From Dehalococcoidia bacterium (lineage in GTDB: Bacteria; Chloroflexota; Dehalococcoidia; E44-bin15): 64,000 nt of DNA. The stretch spans positions 426,164 through 490,163 of the forward strand of contig JBAZMV010000001.1 of assembly GCA_041649635.1 (NCBI GenBank). The letters run 5' to 3'. A model generated the notes under the pieces. The model saw only the letters and a list, made by a program, of their open reading frames with translations. It ran no database searches and had not been told where the DNA came from. Shown in pieces: positions 29,981 to 40,212 of this stretch (position 1 is the stretch's first letter; each line of letters begins with the position of its first letter). Position numbers and translations under genes: made by a program.

Positions 29981-30650
29981 TGTCGCCTTGGTCACAGGAG
30001 CTACCGGCGGAATAGGTAGCGCTATCAGTGAAGAATTAAGAACCAGCGGGTTTCGGCTCGCTCTTCTCAGTCGGAGCATTTCTTGTCATGAATCCGAGAG
30101 CATGCTGGCACAACGTTGTGATGTTACTAAGGTAGATGAAGTGGAAAAAGCCGTTACCGCTACTTTGAAAAAATTCGGCAACATTGATGTTGTAATCAAT
30201 TGTGCTGGCAGGAGTCATCTTGGTACAGTAGATGAACTCACAGAACAAGATATACAGGCTGTATACGACGTTAATGTCAAAGGAACAATCAATGTCTGTA
30301 AAGCGGTTTTACCATGTATGAAGAAACAGAAGTCAGGTTATATTATCAATATCGGGTCATTGCGCGGTATTGAATACGGCGTTGGTAAGTCTGCATATTC
30401 AATGAGTAAATCTGCTGTAATTGCTTTTTCCAATGTCTTAGCTATGGAAACCGCCGAGTACGGAATAAAAGTTACCGTGATTAATCCGGGCTTTGTCCAG
30501 ACCAGCCTGATAAGGCATAGGATAGCTGAAGAAAAACTCAGGGCTGAAGATCTTACTCAGCCTGGTGATATTGCCAAAGTCGTGTTGTTCCTTCTCGAAT
30601 TGTCTCCAGGCGCCAGTATTGTTGAGTTAAATATTGGGCGTTTATGGTAA
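29970..30650 (+). CDS. SDR family oxidoreductase
   Basis: TGATGGIGS and YSMSK (YxxxK) motifs. Overlaps the upstream gene by 11 nt. Confidence 0.8.
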   Translation: MTFNVALVTGATGGIGSAISEELRTSGFRLALLSRSISCHESESMLAQRCDVTKVDEVEKAVTATLKKFGNIDVVINCAGRSHLGTVDELTEQDIQAVYDVNVKGTINVCKAVLPCMKKQKSGYIINIGSLRGIEYGVGKSAYSMSKSAVIAFSNVLAMETAEYGIKVTVINPGFVQTSLIRHRIAEEKLRAEDLTQPGDIAKVVLFLLELSPGASIVELNIGRLW

Positions 30651-30741
30651 TGCGGTTTCAAAACATGAAAACTTAACCGCGCAGCTCACTGCAGACACAT
30701 ATTTTCAGCAAGAACTTATAGAGTTTCGCAAAGACGAATGA

Positions 30742-32028
30742 ATGATCAAACGCTTTTATGATTTAACCAAGTATAAGCTTGCAACGATTGTTTCCGCGAA
30801 ACTGATAAAGGAAACTGCTTGGAGCTTCTTGGCGCAAGGCTCTGCCTTTATTTTTTTCATAGGGCTCAATCTTTTTCTCGCCCGTTACCTTGGCCCGGAC
30901 CGCTTCGGTGAATGGTCTTTCTTCTTTTCCATCTTAAGCATAGTCCTTCTTGTTTCATATTTAGGCATTAACGCGTCAGCCCGCAAGTTTATCGCTCAGC
31001 ATAATGAGACGGCTGAATTGAAGGCTGTATTGCGCTCCTCGGTTAAACTGAGGGTCATCCTAAGCCTGGTTTTTGCCCTGGTTATGCTGTCTTTAAGCAA
31101 GCCTCTGGCCGTCTGGCTGGATCGCCCAAGCTTTGAGGTTTTGTTCTATGCCGCCGCCCCGCTAGTATTCTTTGCCAGCCTAGTTGAATATCTGAAAAAT
31201 GCTTTTCAAGGGCTGCACCGCCTGAAATATGACTTCTATATAAATCTGTCTGAATACGGACTCAAGCTTTTACTGGCTGTTTGCTTTTTGCTCATTCTTA
31301 ACGAGATTATTGGGTTGGTTTTCGCCTTTAACCTGGCTTTTATCGTTACAACGGTATTGGGTTTTTACTTTCTTTACCGCCATTTCTATAAGAACCGGCC
31401 GGATTCAGGGACTGATTACACCAGACAGCTATTGCAATACAGCCTGCCGCTGTTCGTTATCAGCATCGGCTTTCTAATTGCTACTGAAATAGATACTGTA
31501 ATGATAGGTATTCTAAGCACGGATTACGAGGTGGGTATATACGCGGTGGCCAAGCAGATAATCATCAAGCTGCCGCATATCGCCTTGGTGATATCGCTGG
31601 GCACCATGCCGCTGTTTGCCAAGTTGAATCAGGATAATAAAGAGTATCTGAAAGCACTGTTCTACCGGTTGTTGAAAATCAACACGGTGATATTTGGCTC
31701 GATCATTATATTAATACTAGCTGCGGGTTGGTATTTCATCCCTTTGATATTTGGCGCAGAATATAAGGACTCAGTCTTGCCCCTGGTTATACTGATACCA
31801 TATTTGATTATTTATTCTTATTCAATATTCCTGTCTTCCTTCCTCGACTACCGGGGCAAGGCTAGAAAAAGGGCCATTAACTTGATTATCGCGTTATTAC
31901 TAAACCTTGGACTGAATCTGGTTCTAATTCCAAGATACGGAGCAGTAGGTGCGGCAATTGCCACCTCTGTTTCCTATTTCCCGTATTTAGTGCTGAATTG
32001 GCTTGAAGTAAGAAAAAGCTTCCAATAG
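30742..32028 (+). CDS. Polysaccharide biosynthesis protein / Wzx-like flippase (MOP superfamily)
   Basis: 428 aa, ~12 predicted TM segments, and located within the glycan cluster. Confidence 0.7.
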   Translation: MIKRFYDLTKYKLATIVSAKLIKETAWSFLAQGSAFIFFIGLNLFLARYLGPDRFGEWSFFFSILSIVLLVSYLGINASARKFIAQHNETAELKAVLRSSVKLRVILSLVFALVMLSLSKPLAVWLDRPSFEVLFYAAAPLVFFASLVEYLKNAFQGLHRLKYDFYINLSEYGLKLLLAVCFLLILNEIIGLVFAFNLAFIVTTVLGFYFLYRHFYKNRPDSGTDYTRQLLQYSLPLFVISIGFLIATEIDTVMIGILSTDYEVGIYAVAKQIIIKLPHIALVISLGTMPLFAKLNQDNKEYLKALFYRLLKINTVIFGSIIILILAAGWYFIPLIFGAEYKDSVLPLVILIPYLIIYSYSIFLSSFLDYRGKARKRAINLIIALLLNLGLNLVLIPRYGAVGAAIATSVSYFPYLVLNWLEVRKSFQ

Positions 32029-32037
32029 CCCGCCATT

Positions 32038-34749
32038 TTATTCCCTTACTTCTACGATCCAAATACAATCATTTGGATTATTATTTATACATATTTTTTC
32101 GATGGGTTCATATGTATAATATTCAATTAGCGGAGTTTCCGCAGCAACTCTAGCATATAAATATCTTTCTCCTTCTTCATATGCTTTCACATGCTTTTCC
32201 CAAATAGGCTGTATATGTGAGGATAGTACTAAATACTCTATTTCAAGTTCCTCATTAAATGGGTTGTCACGTCCTCTCCAATAACTTGTGCCTATAAAAA
32301 ATCTATCAAAGCCCTCTACGTCAACCCAGACTACCATATTTTCTGCGTTATCCCAAGAATTGACGATTTGTGCTAGTTTGTACCCGCCCATTCCCCATGA
32401 ATAAGAAATTCGATAATCTTTAATGTTCAAATGATTGTTATATAAAAGAAAGTAAGGTGCTGCAAAAAATGTTGTGATAAGTGCTGCAGCTATCAATGCG
32501 GTAGTAACTATTTTCGTATGTTTAAAAACGTAAATAAAAAAAGTTGCTGATAATATTGAGTAAAGAGGATATAACATAATCTGGTATCTACATGAAGTCA
32601 CAAAACCACCTAAAGAAGAACCGACTATATATACAAACATTGTTAAAAAGATAATAGATATTAAGAACTTATCTTGGTTGGTGATATTTATATTTAAACG
32701 TTTCTTTAAAGGTAATATCAAAGCCCAAAAACATATTCCGAAAAGTATTGGAAATGTCATGGTGAAGGCTGTCATGTAAGATGATGTGAATAAATCTTTG
32801 TAGAAAGACACCTCACCCCTTGCAGATTCGTAAAAAATGTAATGGTTAAAATCAAAAAGTGCGTTGTTAAGAAATATATTAGCCATTAATACAATAAGAG
32901 CTATTAATGTAAGTGAGCTAAAAACGTATATTACCACAGTGGGAATATCGAATTTGCTTTTTAAATACTTAGTAATACGGCCTCGAAGAGCTATCAATTC
33001 GATGAATATTAACAGCAGTATAAGTAGGAAATACTTCAGACCTGGTGTTAGAATTCCTGCACCAATAGTTCCTTTGATAATCCGGGATGGTTCTACCCAT
33101 GTTGCTGGAAATAGAATTGTATAAATAATAATGGAAATTACGTACAGTGCCAAGATATGCAGACAACGTGAAAAGAATTGTTCACGGGTAGTATTTCTTG
33201 AGAGATATTCTAGATAGATGCTAAGGAAAAAGATGACATAGAAAATGGCGGCAAAGTATTTGCATATCAACGCAAGGCCCAAGAACACTCCTGAATATAT
33301 AATGTATCTCAATTTATTTGTTTTAAGATAGAGAAAGAATGTGATGAACGATAAAAATGAGACGCTCCAGAGAGTAGCGTCCGGATTAACAATCTGGCTA
33401 ATTCCAATAAGGATAGGATTGAGCGCAACAAGCCCTGTTACTAATAGAGCATGGTTTTTCCGCAGTAATTTTTTAAGGAAATGGTATATAAGAAATAGCA
33501 TGAGGAAATTAAATATGACAATTGGTAACCGCCAATAAAATAAATAATTTTCATATATTAAAGGGTCTGCTTTATATTCCTCATGATCCATAAAAAAGTT
33601 GACAGTGCCAGCGAGAAGAGACGGCAGCACGCCAGGTTTATCATTGATATACGTGCCTTCCCAGTCACCGGAGGCGAGTGAATCATAGAGTTGCGGCACC
33701 CTGGTATCTACCCATTTTGGCTCGTCAACTGTCATAAATTGACCAAGGTGGTGTGTTCCGAAACCAAGAAAGAGAAAGCAGCAGAGTAGAAGTGCTGCGC
33801 TATACCACCACCCCTCTTTATACATCCACCTAATGAACCACCTAAAAATTGGGACCCTGTTAATCCGAGGGAACCGCGTACCAAAAGATCTCTTCCTCTC
33901 CGCTTCTTCCGCTCCTTCCTCCTCTATTTTAACTGTGACTTTCAGCTTCTGCCGGTTCATCCAGAAGAACATGATACCAAAGATAACGGTGGCCACTATA
34001 AGACCGGTTCGGCTGCCCTCCAGTGATGTCAGGTCAAAAATAGCTTGCAGAGCCAGAACCAATAGAAGTACTAAGAACAGAGCCATCGTCGCCACCCGCG
34101 CAACCCTTCCAACCCATCGCCTCTTCCCATGTCCCGCCATCGTCTCCGCGGGCGCGACGTCGGGGGTTGAGAGGCCCGCGGCCGCTCGTTCCGCCCTTAT
34201 CACCGAGGCCAGCGTGCGGGGGGCGGGTCTGCTGGGTTTCGATCTGCCTGTCCTCAGCCGGGACCTGTACAGCATGACCATCACGGCTATAATAGCTATC
34301 AACTCCGCGGCTATGGTGCTGATGATCAGGGCGTTGAGGTTTATGTGGTATGAGACGCTGCCCTCCCAGAATGTTTCCACCGCAACCAGCGTCAGCAGGA
34401 TGATGGGAAATATCAGCAGCAGCGCCAGAGCGGCGCGGCTCACCGTCCTCACCGTCTCGCTCTGGCCGGACTGCCATTCCGCGAACCGCTCCCTCAGCCC
34501 GCTCAGGCTTATCCCGCGCGCGCGCAGGTAGCGCCCCAGATATTTATTGAGGATGACAGCGACTATCAGGAAGGCCAGGACGATGGCAAGAACTACCAGC
34601 ACGCTGATGTTCATGAGGTTGCCCACGCTGTCGTCCCAGATATACTCGATGAGGATGAGCAATATGGAAACGGCCAGCAGCGAGATGCCGGCGCCCTTGA
34701 GGGAGATGTATTGGTCTATCTTTTTGATCAGGGATTTAATGGTTTCCAT
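32038..34749 (-). CDS. GT-C fold membrane glycosyltransferase (GT39/ArnT/PMT-like) with a ~290-aa GC-rich N-terminal membrane extension; compositionally chimeric
   Basis: VDEPKW acidic DE motif in the first extracytoplasmic loop after TM1 of the GT-C core, multiple TM helices, and a C-terminal soluble domain. GC drops from ~65% (34.7-33.9 kb) to ~30% (33.7-32.0 kb) inside one ORF. Confidence 0.7.
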   Translation of the reverse strand: METIKSLIKKIDQYISLKGAGISLLAVSILLILIEYIWDDSVGNLMNISVLVVLAIVLAFLIVAVILNKYLGRYLRARGISLSGLRERFAEWQSGQSETVRTVSRAALALLLIFPIILLTLVAVETFWEGSVSYHINLNALIISTIAAELIAIIAVMVMLYRSRLRTGRSKPSRPAPRTLASVIRAERAAAGLSTPDVAPAETMAGHGKRRWVGRVARVATMALFLVLLLVLALQAIFDLTSLEGSRTGLIVATVIFGIMFFWMNRQKLKVTVKIEEEGAEEAERKRSFGTRFPRINRVPIFRWFIRWMYKEGWWYSAALLLCCFLFLGFGTHHLGQFMTVDEPKWVDTRVPQLYDSLASGDWEGTYINDKPGVLPSLLAGTVNFFMDHEEYKADPLIYENYLFYWRLPIVIFNFLMLFLIYHFLKKLLRKNHALLVTGLVALNPILIGISQIVNPDATLWSVSFLSFITFFLYLKTNKLRYIIYSGVFLGLALICKYFAAIFYVIFFLSIYLEYLSRNTTREQFFSRCLHILALYVISIIIYTILFPATWVEPSRIIKGTIGAGILTPGLKYFLLILLLIFIELIALRGRITKYLKSKFDIPTVVIYVFSSLTLIALIVLMANIFLNNALFDFNHYIFYESARGEVSFYKDLFTSSYMTAFTMTFPILFGICFWALILPLKKRLNINITNQDKFLISIIFLTMFVYIVGSSLGGFVTSCRYQIMLYPLYSILSATFFIYVFKHTKIVTTALIAAALITTFFAAPYFLLYNNHLNIKDYRISYSWGMGGYKLAQIVNSWDNAENMVVWVDVEGFDRFFIGTSYWRGRDNPFNEELEIEYLVLSSHIQPIWEKHVKAYEEGERYLYARVAAETPLIEYYTYEPIEKICINNNPNDCIWIVEVRE

Positions 34750-35395
34750 ATGTTTAGATGAGTGTAATAGTGTGGGTAAATATTATCAACCCCCTGGAAT
34801 CCCCCTTGAAAGGGGGAAACAACATCCGAACCCCCTGTAGTCCCCCATACGTTGGGGGACGTTTTAATTAATATAGGGGACACCCCTATAACCCCGTCAG
34901 GAGACCCTGTCTCCTGTACCTCTGTTTCAGCCTGTCATTGCGAGAAGTCCTTCTAGATATCTTTATTCTGGAAGGACGCCGCGGCAATCTCAACTATAAT
35001 CAACCCCCTGTATCCCCCAATCTTGGGGGACGTAAAAAAAGAGCTGGGGGACACCCCCAGTTCCCCCGGAAGGAGCTTCTCCTTCACCTCTTTCCTTTGC
35101 AACACAGGGGACACCCCTATAACCCCGTTCCTTCCGCGGAAGGATACCTCTGTTTCAGACTGTCATTCTGAATCCTTGCCTGGAATGATGAAGAATCTCG
35201 ACGAGATCCTTCGGCGCTACCTCAGGATGACATGCTGCGAAATAATTAATCCCTACGTGGTGGGTTAAACAAACCCACCCTACAACTACGAACCGTCATT
35301 CCGGCCCCGTATCGCCGTACGGGGTAAACTCCGGCCGGAATCCATATCGGGCGAACGCCGTTCGCCCCTACTACACGCTACACGCTACCCGCTAC
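34750..35395. repeat. Mosaic repeat block (B,B',A,F,B,A',A,F',D,E)
   Basis: Modules as defined in the summary. Confidence 0.85.
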
Positions 35396-37669
35396 TCATT
35401 TCCACACCGGCGGGATCTCCAGCTCGATAACGATGGAATCCACAGGGATGGTCTTGTCCGCATCGGCAGCCAGGTCCAGGTGCGGCACCATCAGGCAGAA
35501 GCTCAGCGTGTCATCGACGATAGACAGGTCCTCCGTCTTCCATCTGGCCCGCGCCGTCGTCCAGCCGTCGTAGCTGTCGGTCACATAGTAGCCGTCGTAG
35601 TTCACGACGATGTAATCCACGTACTCCTTGAAATCCGAGACGTAGGTCTCAAGGCCGGCCACCTCGCAGCGCCTGGGCAGGAAGAAGGAGTCCGGCGTGA
35701 AGGACATGTAGCCGTTGAACTCCAGCGTCAGGTTCTGCCTGGCCGTCACTATCATGTACGAGCCCGGCGCGAGGTTCACCGCGAAGGGCTTATCCATCTC
35801 ATCGATGTAGAGCCCGGCATAGAAGCCGTCCCCGATCACGGCCGCCTGCTGAATGCCGCTTGCGTCATCGCAGGAGAACTCCGCCCGCTGCAGCGACAGG
35901 CCCTGCGTGTACAGCGCCAGCGCGTCGGCCGGTGCGCCCGCGTTGGAGGTGTAGCCCGTGTCCGCCGGGGCGGGGGTGATGCTGTCGTCCAGCACCAGCT
36001 TGCCCTGATTGATGCTTATTTGCCTTATCAGGAGGTCTTCACCCGTCATCTCTATGCGATATGCCCCCGTCGACAGATTGGAGGCCGTAAGCGACGCACC
36101 CTGCATCGGGCCCGGTTCGCCGCCCGCCGAGGCGTCGCCGTCGTCCGCTATCGAGGCGTTGGCCGTTAGATCGCCGGCGAGGTCGTAGATTTCGATGCTC
36201 AATGCGTCCGCGCCCTCGTCCTGATTCAAATCCTGTTTCGTCACGCTCAGCTCAAGGACGCCGTTATCGACGAATGTCCAGAAGGTGTGGCTTCCCTTTA
36301 ATGAAATATTTATGTCAAGCCAGCCCTTGCCCTCCTCTACGGTGTTGAAGGACGGGATGAAGAGAGATTCCTCCGTTAGCGAGATGAGGGCCCCGGTGGC
36401 TTCCAACGCAACATCGCCCAAGCTCGACCTCAGGCGGTAGAGTCCCGGCTCCAGAGCGCCGGACGTGTACCACGTTCCCGACTCGTTGACGTACGTCTCC
36501 AGCCTCATCTCATCGCCCCAGACGGTGACGTACTGCGGCACCTGCTCCCCGGGCGAGGAGAACCTTATCTCGCCGGGGGCCGCCAGGTACAGCCAGGCCT
36601 CGGCCGCGGCCGTGTTCCCGCCTTCGTAGCTGTAGCCCGCCAGGTACAGTCCGTCCGCGGCTATCGCTTTGCCCTGGTTATAGGCGATGTTCGTGATTAT
36701 GAAATCGATCTCCTCACCCTGCGGCGCGACGGCGAGGCGGTAGACGCCCCTGTCGCTCTGCTCCATGTTTATATGGCAGCGCTGTTTCTGTCCCAGCATC
36801 TTGCTGTCCGTGAAATTAAAATCGTCGAATATAACCTCGCTCACGGCAAGGGTCCCGTCCGGCGCGTAGAGCGACACGTTAATGTTATCCAGCCCCGCGA
36901 TGCGGTTCAGGTCGCGCTTCTCCACCGTCAGCTCGAATTCTCCGCCGTTGGAGTACAGGTAGAATTCCTGCGCGCCCAGCAGCGCGGCGCCGCCGTCCAG
37001 GGGGGCGTACGCGGCGCGGGGATCCGGCAGCAGCGCGGAGAGCCCGGCCCCGGCATCGTAATCGCCGAACTGCGTATTGACGTACTCCTGCAGCGTCACC
37101 ACCTGGTTTATGTCCAGCGACGGGTCGCCGCTGGCTATCAGCGAGCCCAGCGGCGGGTTGCCCAGGGGGTCCATGACCGTGGACAGGGGCGGGGGGTTCT
37201 CCGTGTCGGTGGCGTAGACCATCATCGAGCCGTTCTGCGTCACCAGCGGCAGATCGACGAGCTGGCCGTAGAACGGAACGTATGCGTACCTCAGGCTGTA
37301 GCCTTCTTCACACTGCGCGCCGATGACGAAGATGCCGTCCTCCGGGAAGTTGTCCGCGAACCTGACGGCCACCGCGACCTCGTCCGCCTGCGATAATCTC
37401 GGATCGGTGAGCTCGAAATAGACCGTGTCACCCGTTATCTCGCGATAGGTCACGCTGCCGTTGGACATCGCCTCCGAGAAGCCGGACGCGTTCCCCGAGA
37501 GGCGCGCCTTGCCGCTCAAATCGTTGCCGCCGACATCGATCCTGTGTTCGGGCGAGCCGCCCAGGGGCAGGAAGTTGATGTAGAGGATGATGAGCACGAC
37601 CGCAAGCGGCGCCAGCCAGAGGAGCCTGACGTACTTCTTCTTTGACGACGGTCTGCTCTCTTCGCTCAT
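35396..37669 (-). CDS. Large secreted/membrane-anchored hypothetical protein (757 aa)
   Basis: N-terminal KKKYVRLLWLAPLAVVLIIL signal anchor, then a long Gly/Asp/Tyr-rich, apparently beta-rich ectodomain. Translationally coupled (4-nt overlap) to the upstream GT-C gene. Confidence 0.6.
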   Translation of the reverse strand: MSEESRPSSKKKYVRLLWLAPLAVVLIILYINFLPLGGSPEHRIDVGGNDLSGKARLSGNASGFSEAMSNGSVTYREITGDTVYFELTDPRLSQADEVAVAVRFADNFPEDGIFVIGAQCEEGYSLRYAYVPFYGQLVDLPLVTQNGSMMVYATDTENPPPLSTVMDPLGNPPLGSLIASGDPSLDINQVVTLQEYVNTQFGDYDAGAGLSALLPDPRAAYAPLDGGAALLGAQEFYLYSNGGEFELTVEKRDLNRIAGLDNINVSLYAPDGTLAVSEVIFDDFNFTDSKMLGQKQRCHINMEQSDRGVYRLAVAPQGEEIDFIITNIAYNQGKAIAADGLYLAGYSYEGGNTAAAEAWLYLAAPGEIRFSSPGEQVPQYVTVWGDEMRLETYVNESGTWYTSGALEPGLYRLRSSLGDVALEATGALISLTEESLFIPSFNTVEEGKGWLDINISLKGSHTFWTFVDNGVLELSVTKQDLNQDEGADALSIEIYDLAGDLTANASIADDGDASAGGEPGPMQGASLTASNLSTGAYRIEMTGEDLLIRQISINQGKLVLDDSITPAPADTGYTSNAGAPADALALYTQGLSLQRAEFSCDDASGIQQAAVIGDGFYAGLYIDEMDKPFAVNLAPGSYMIVTARQNLTLEFNGYMSFTPDSFFLPRRCEVAGLETYVSDFKEYVDYIVVNYDGYYVTDSYDGWTTARARWKTEDLSIVDDTLSFCLMVPHLDLAADADKTIPVDSIVIELEIPPVWK

Positions 37670-39231
37670 TCGCTATCGATGACCTCTGCCGGGGCGCTCG
37701 CGTTGGGCCAGCCGTAGACCAGCACCGTGCCGGCGGCCATGGCGCGCGAGCCCTCCTCGTAATAGGCCAGGTTCTGCTCGATGTAGCGCACCGTCTCCTG
37801 CGGCAGCCTGTAGGCCGCCAGCTTGTCCATCACCAGCCAGCCGGACGGCGAGGCGTTTATGACCGCCTCCAGCTCTATAACGTCCTGTATGCAGGAGATG
37901 TTGGCATAACGGTCGCGGCCGTCTATGCAGTATTTGCCGTGGGTGCCCGCTATATCGAAGTCCAGCCAGTAATCCGGCTCCCGCTCCAGGTAGAATAATC
38001 CCACCGAGGGCCACGTGTCGATGATGACGTCCCCTTCCCGCGCGTTATCGTTGACGAAATTATAGGCCAGCTTGAAATCCGGCTGCGGCGCGGTCATGTC
38101 CAGCCAGTGCTCGCTCTGCGGCAGGAAGTTGAAGCCCGCGCCCGGCAGCGAGAGCCCGATGATCACGACGCAGAGCGCGGGGCCGAGCCACCTGTTCAAC
38201 TGCTCCGCCCCGCCCGATCCTTTCAGGCGTTTCTTCAGCGCACGCGCCAGTATGTTGCCGACATACGTGACGGTATAGGCGAAGTAGATGATGAGCACGG
38301 GCATGAAGAGGTAGAGGTAGCGCATGGACAGCAGTTTCACCTGGAAGCAGAAGAAATAGAACGGGACGGCCAGCGCCAGCAGCAGGAGCAGGGAGGTTTT
38401 CCATTCCCTCTTGAACATAACGATGATCCCTGCGGCGCCCATGTAGAGTATGACGGGCAGGAACTCCGCCAGGTAATTGGTGTACTCGGTGAAGTAGTTC
38501 ATCTTGAAGCCCCACGCTCCGGAGAACACGTGGAAGACCGCCTGCGCCACTATCAGCGTTATGGCGGCGAACAGGATAAAGGCGATGGTCTGCTTGCTCT
38601 TGAGGAATTCCCTGTTCGCGTATCTGCGTATGTTCCTGATGTTGGCCAGCAGAAGCCAGGCCAGGAACACCAGCACAACCGAGGCGCCGGAGGTATGGCT
38701 CAGCACGGCGCATATCGTCGAGACGACGGTCAGTATAAGCAGCTTATTGCTTCGTTTCTGCGTATAGAGATAGAAGAGATAGAGCGACAGGATATAGAAG
38801 AACTGCAATTGCTGATACATGCGCGCCTGACGCGACCAGGCTATCTCCAGGGCCAGGAACGTGACGATGAATGCCGCGATGAGCGCCGTCCTCGTCCCGC
38901 CTATCCTCCGCGCGAAGAAGAAGACCAGCGGTATGGTCAGCGTGCCGAATATCACGGAGGGCAGGCGCGCCGCCAGCTCGGTCTCGCCGAACATGCCCAT
39001 GGAGGCGGCTATGAAGCTCGTATTCAGCAGTCCGTGCGTGTAGAACCAGCCGGAGGGCAGCACGGGCGCGCCTTTATCCAGCATGGCCAGCGCCGCCTGT
39101 ATGCTGTAGCCTTCGTCGTACCACAGCGACTGGCTGCCCAGGTCGTACATCCTGAGCGCAAAGCCGAACACGGTGAGGAATATGAGGACTAAAATGCACG
39201 GGTCTATTCTGGATAATCTCGCGCTAATCAC
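37666..39231 (-). CDS. GT-C fold glycosyltransferase family 39 (ArnT/PMT-like, PMT_2)
   Basis: LWYDEGYS DE motif after TM1, Arg-rich cytoplasmic loops, ~12 TM helices, 521 aa. Confidence 0.75.
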   Translation of the reverse strand: MISARLSRIDPCILVLIFLTVFGFALRMYDLGSQSLWYDEGYSIQAALAMLDKGAPVLPSGWFYTHGLLNTSFIAASMGMFGETELAARLPSVIFGTLTIPLVFFFARRIGGTRTALIAAFIVTFLALEIAWSRQARMYQQLQFFYILSLYLFYLYTQKRSNKLLILTVVSTICAVLSHTSGASVVLVFLAWLLLANIRNIRRYANREFLKSKQTIAFILFAAITLIVAQAVFHVFSGAWGFKMNYFTEYTNYLAEFLPVILYMGAAGIIVMFKREWKTSLLLLLALAVPFYFFCFQVKLLSMRYLYLFMPVLIIYFAYTVTYVGNILARALKKRLKGSGGAEQLNRWLGPALCVVIIGLSLPGAGFNFLPQSEHWLDMTAPQPDFKLAYNFVNDNAREGDVIIDTWPSVGLFYLEREPDYWLDFDIAGTHGKYCIDGRDRYANISCIQDVIELEAVINASPSGWLVMDKLAAYRLPQETVRYIEQNLAYYEEGSRAMAAGTVLVYGWPNASAPAEVIDSE

Positions 39232-39234
39232 TTA

Positions 39235-40210
39235 TATCTAATTCCTTGTCGACAATCCTTTTGCCGGGTTTTAAACTCACCCTTCCTTCCATATACCGAG
39301 ATGTCATGGAAGGATTCCCTCTCTTTCGTAAAGAGAGGGATGCTTTATATGCTGTTGAAGGTGTTCTTCTCCTTCAACAATTAATTGGGCGAGACAACCT
39401 CGCCCCTACACGCTACCCTCTATGCGCCACCCGTTTTTTTATGGTAGAATCCTGTCATGTTCAAACTGAAATCGTCCCGCGTGCGTGAAGTGGCGGACAC
39501 CACCTTTATCCTTCTGGTCATAGCCCTCACATTCATCCTTTTACTGGGCAGATTCGCCGATGTCAGGCAGTACGTTAGCCTGGACTACTTATTGGCTATT
39601 ATACTTCTAATAGGAGTTTTTTCAATCCTGCTGCGTTCGGAATAACGCAAAACCCGCATGAACTCACCCTCAGGTCCCTCTCTTTCGCAAAGAGAGGGGA
39701 CGAGCTATATCTCCCCCCTTTGGTAAAGGGGGATCGAGGGGGATTTACGTAGGGTGGGTTCAGAAACCCACCAAATAACGCTCGTATGGCCATACGCCCC
39801 TACGCGCCGACCGAATGTAGGGGTTTGATTCATCAAACCCGCGGCCCCCTCCATGGATTCCGGTTTTCACCGGAATGACGAAACGTAGGGTGGGTTTGCG
39901 AACCCACCACGTTGACGAGATTCTTCATCATTCCTAACAAGGATTCAGAATGACAGTCCAAGAGAAGAGAGATTCAGGAGATTCCTCTCCTGACGGGGTT
40001 ATAGGGGTGTCCCCTATCTCTTTTTTTACATCCCCCAAGATTGGGGGATAGCAGGGGGTTGACTAGCAATTGAGATTGCCACGTCGTCCTTCCGAACTGC
40101 GGAGGGACTCCTCGCAATGACAGCCTTGAGAAAGGATGTCCCGTAGGGGCAATTCATGAATTGCCCCTACACGATGACCGAAACGTATGGGGGATTCCAG
40201 GGGGCACAGA
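39235..40210. repeat. Mosaic repeat block (~1 kb; J,I,C,D,C,E,D,F',A,B,F,C' in both orientations)
   Basis: Six-frame ORFs 39246..39488 and 39599..39793 are repeat translations. Confidence 0.85.
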
Positions 40211-40212
40211 TA

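Noticed and set aside
39750-39910. tRNA-like genes in D modules (GGTGGGTTCGCAAACCCACC resembles a T-arm)
   Set aside because: It has only a single hairpin with no acceptor, D or anticodon arms and no cloverleaf. It occurs in more than 12 copies within repeat mosaics.
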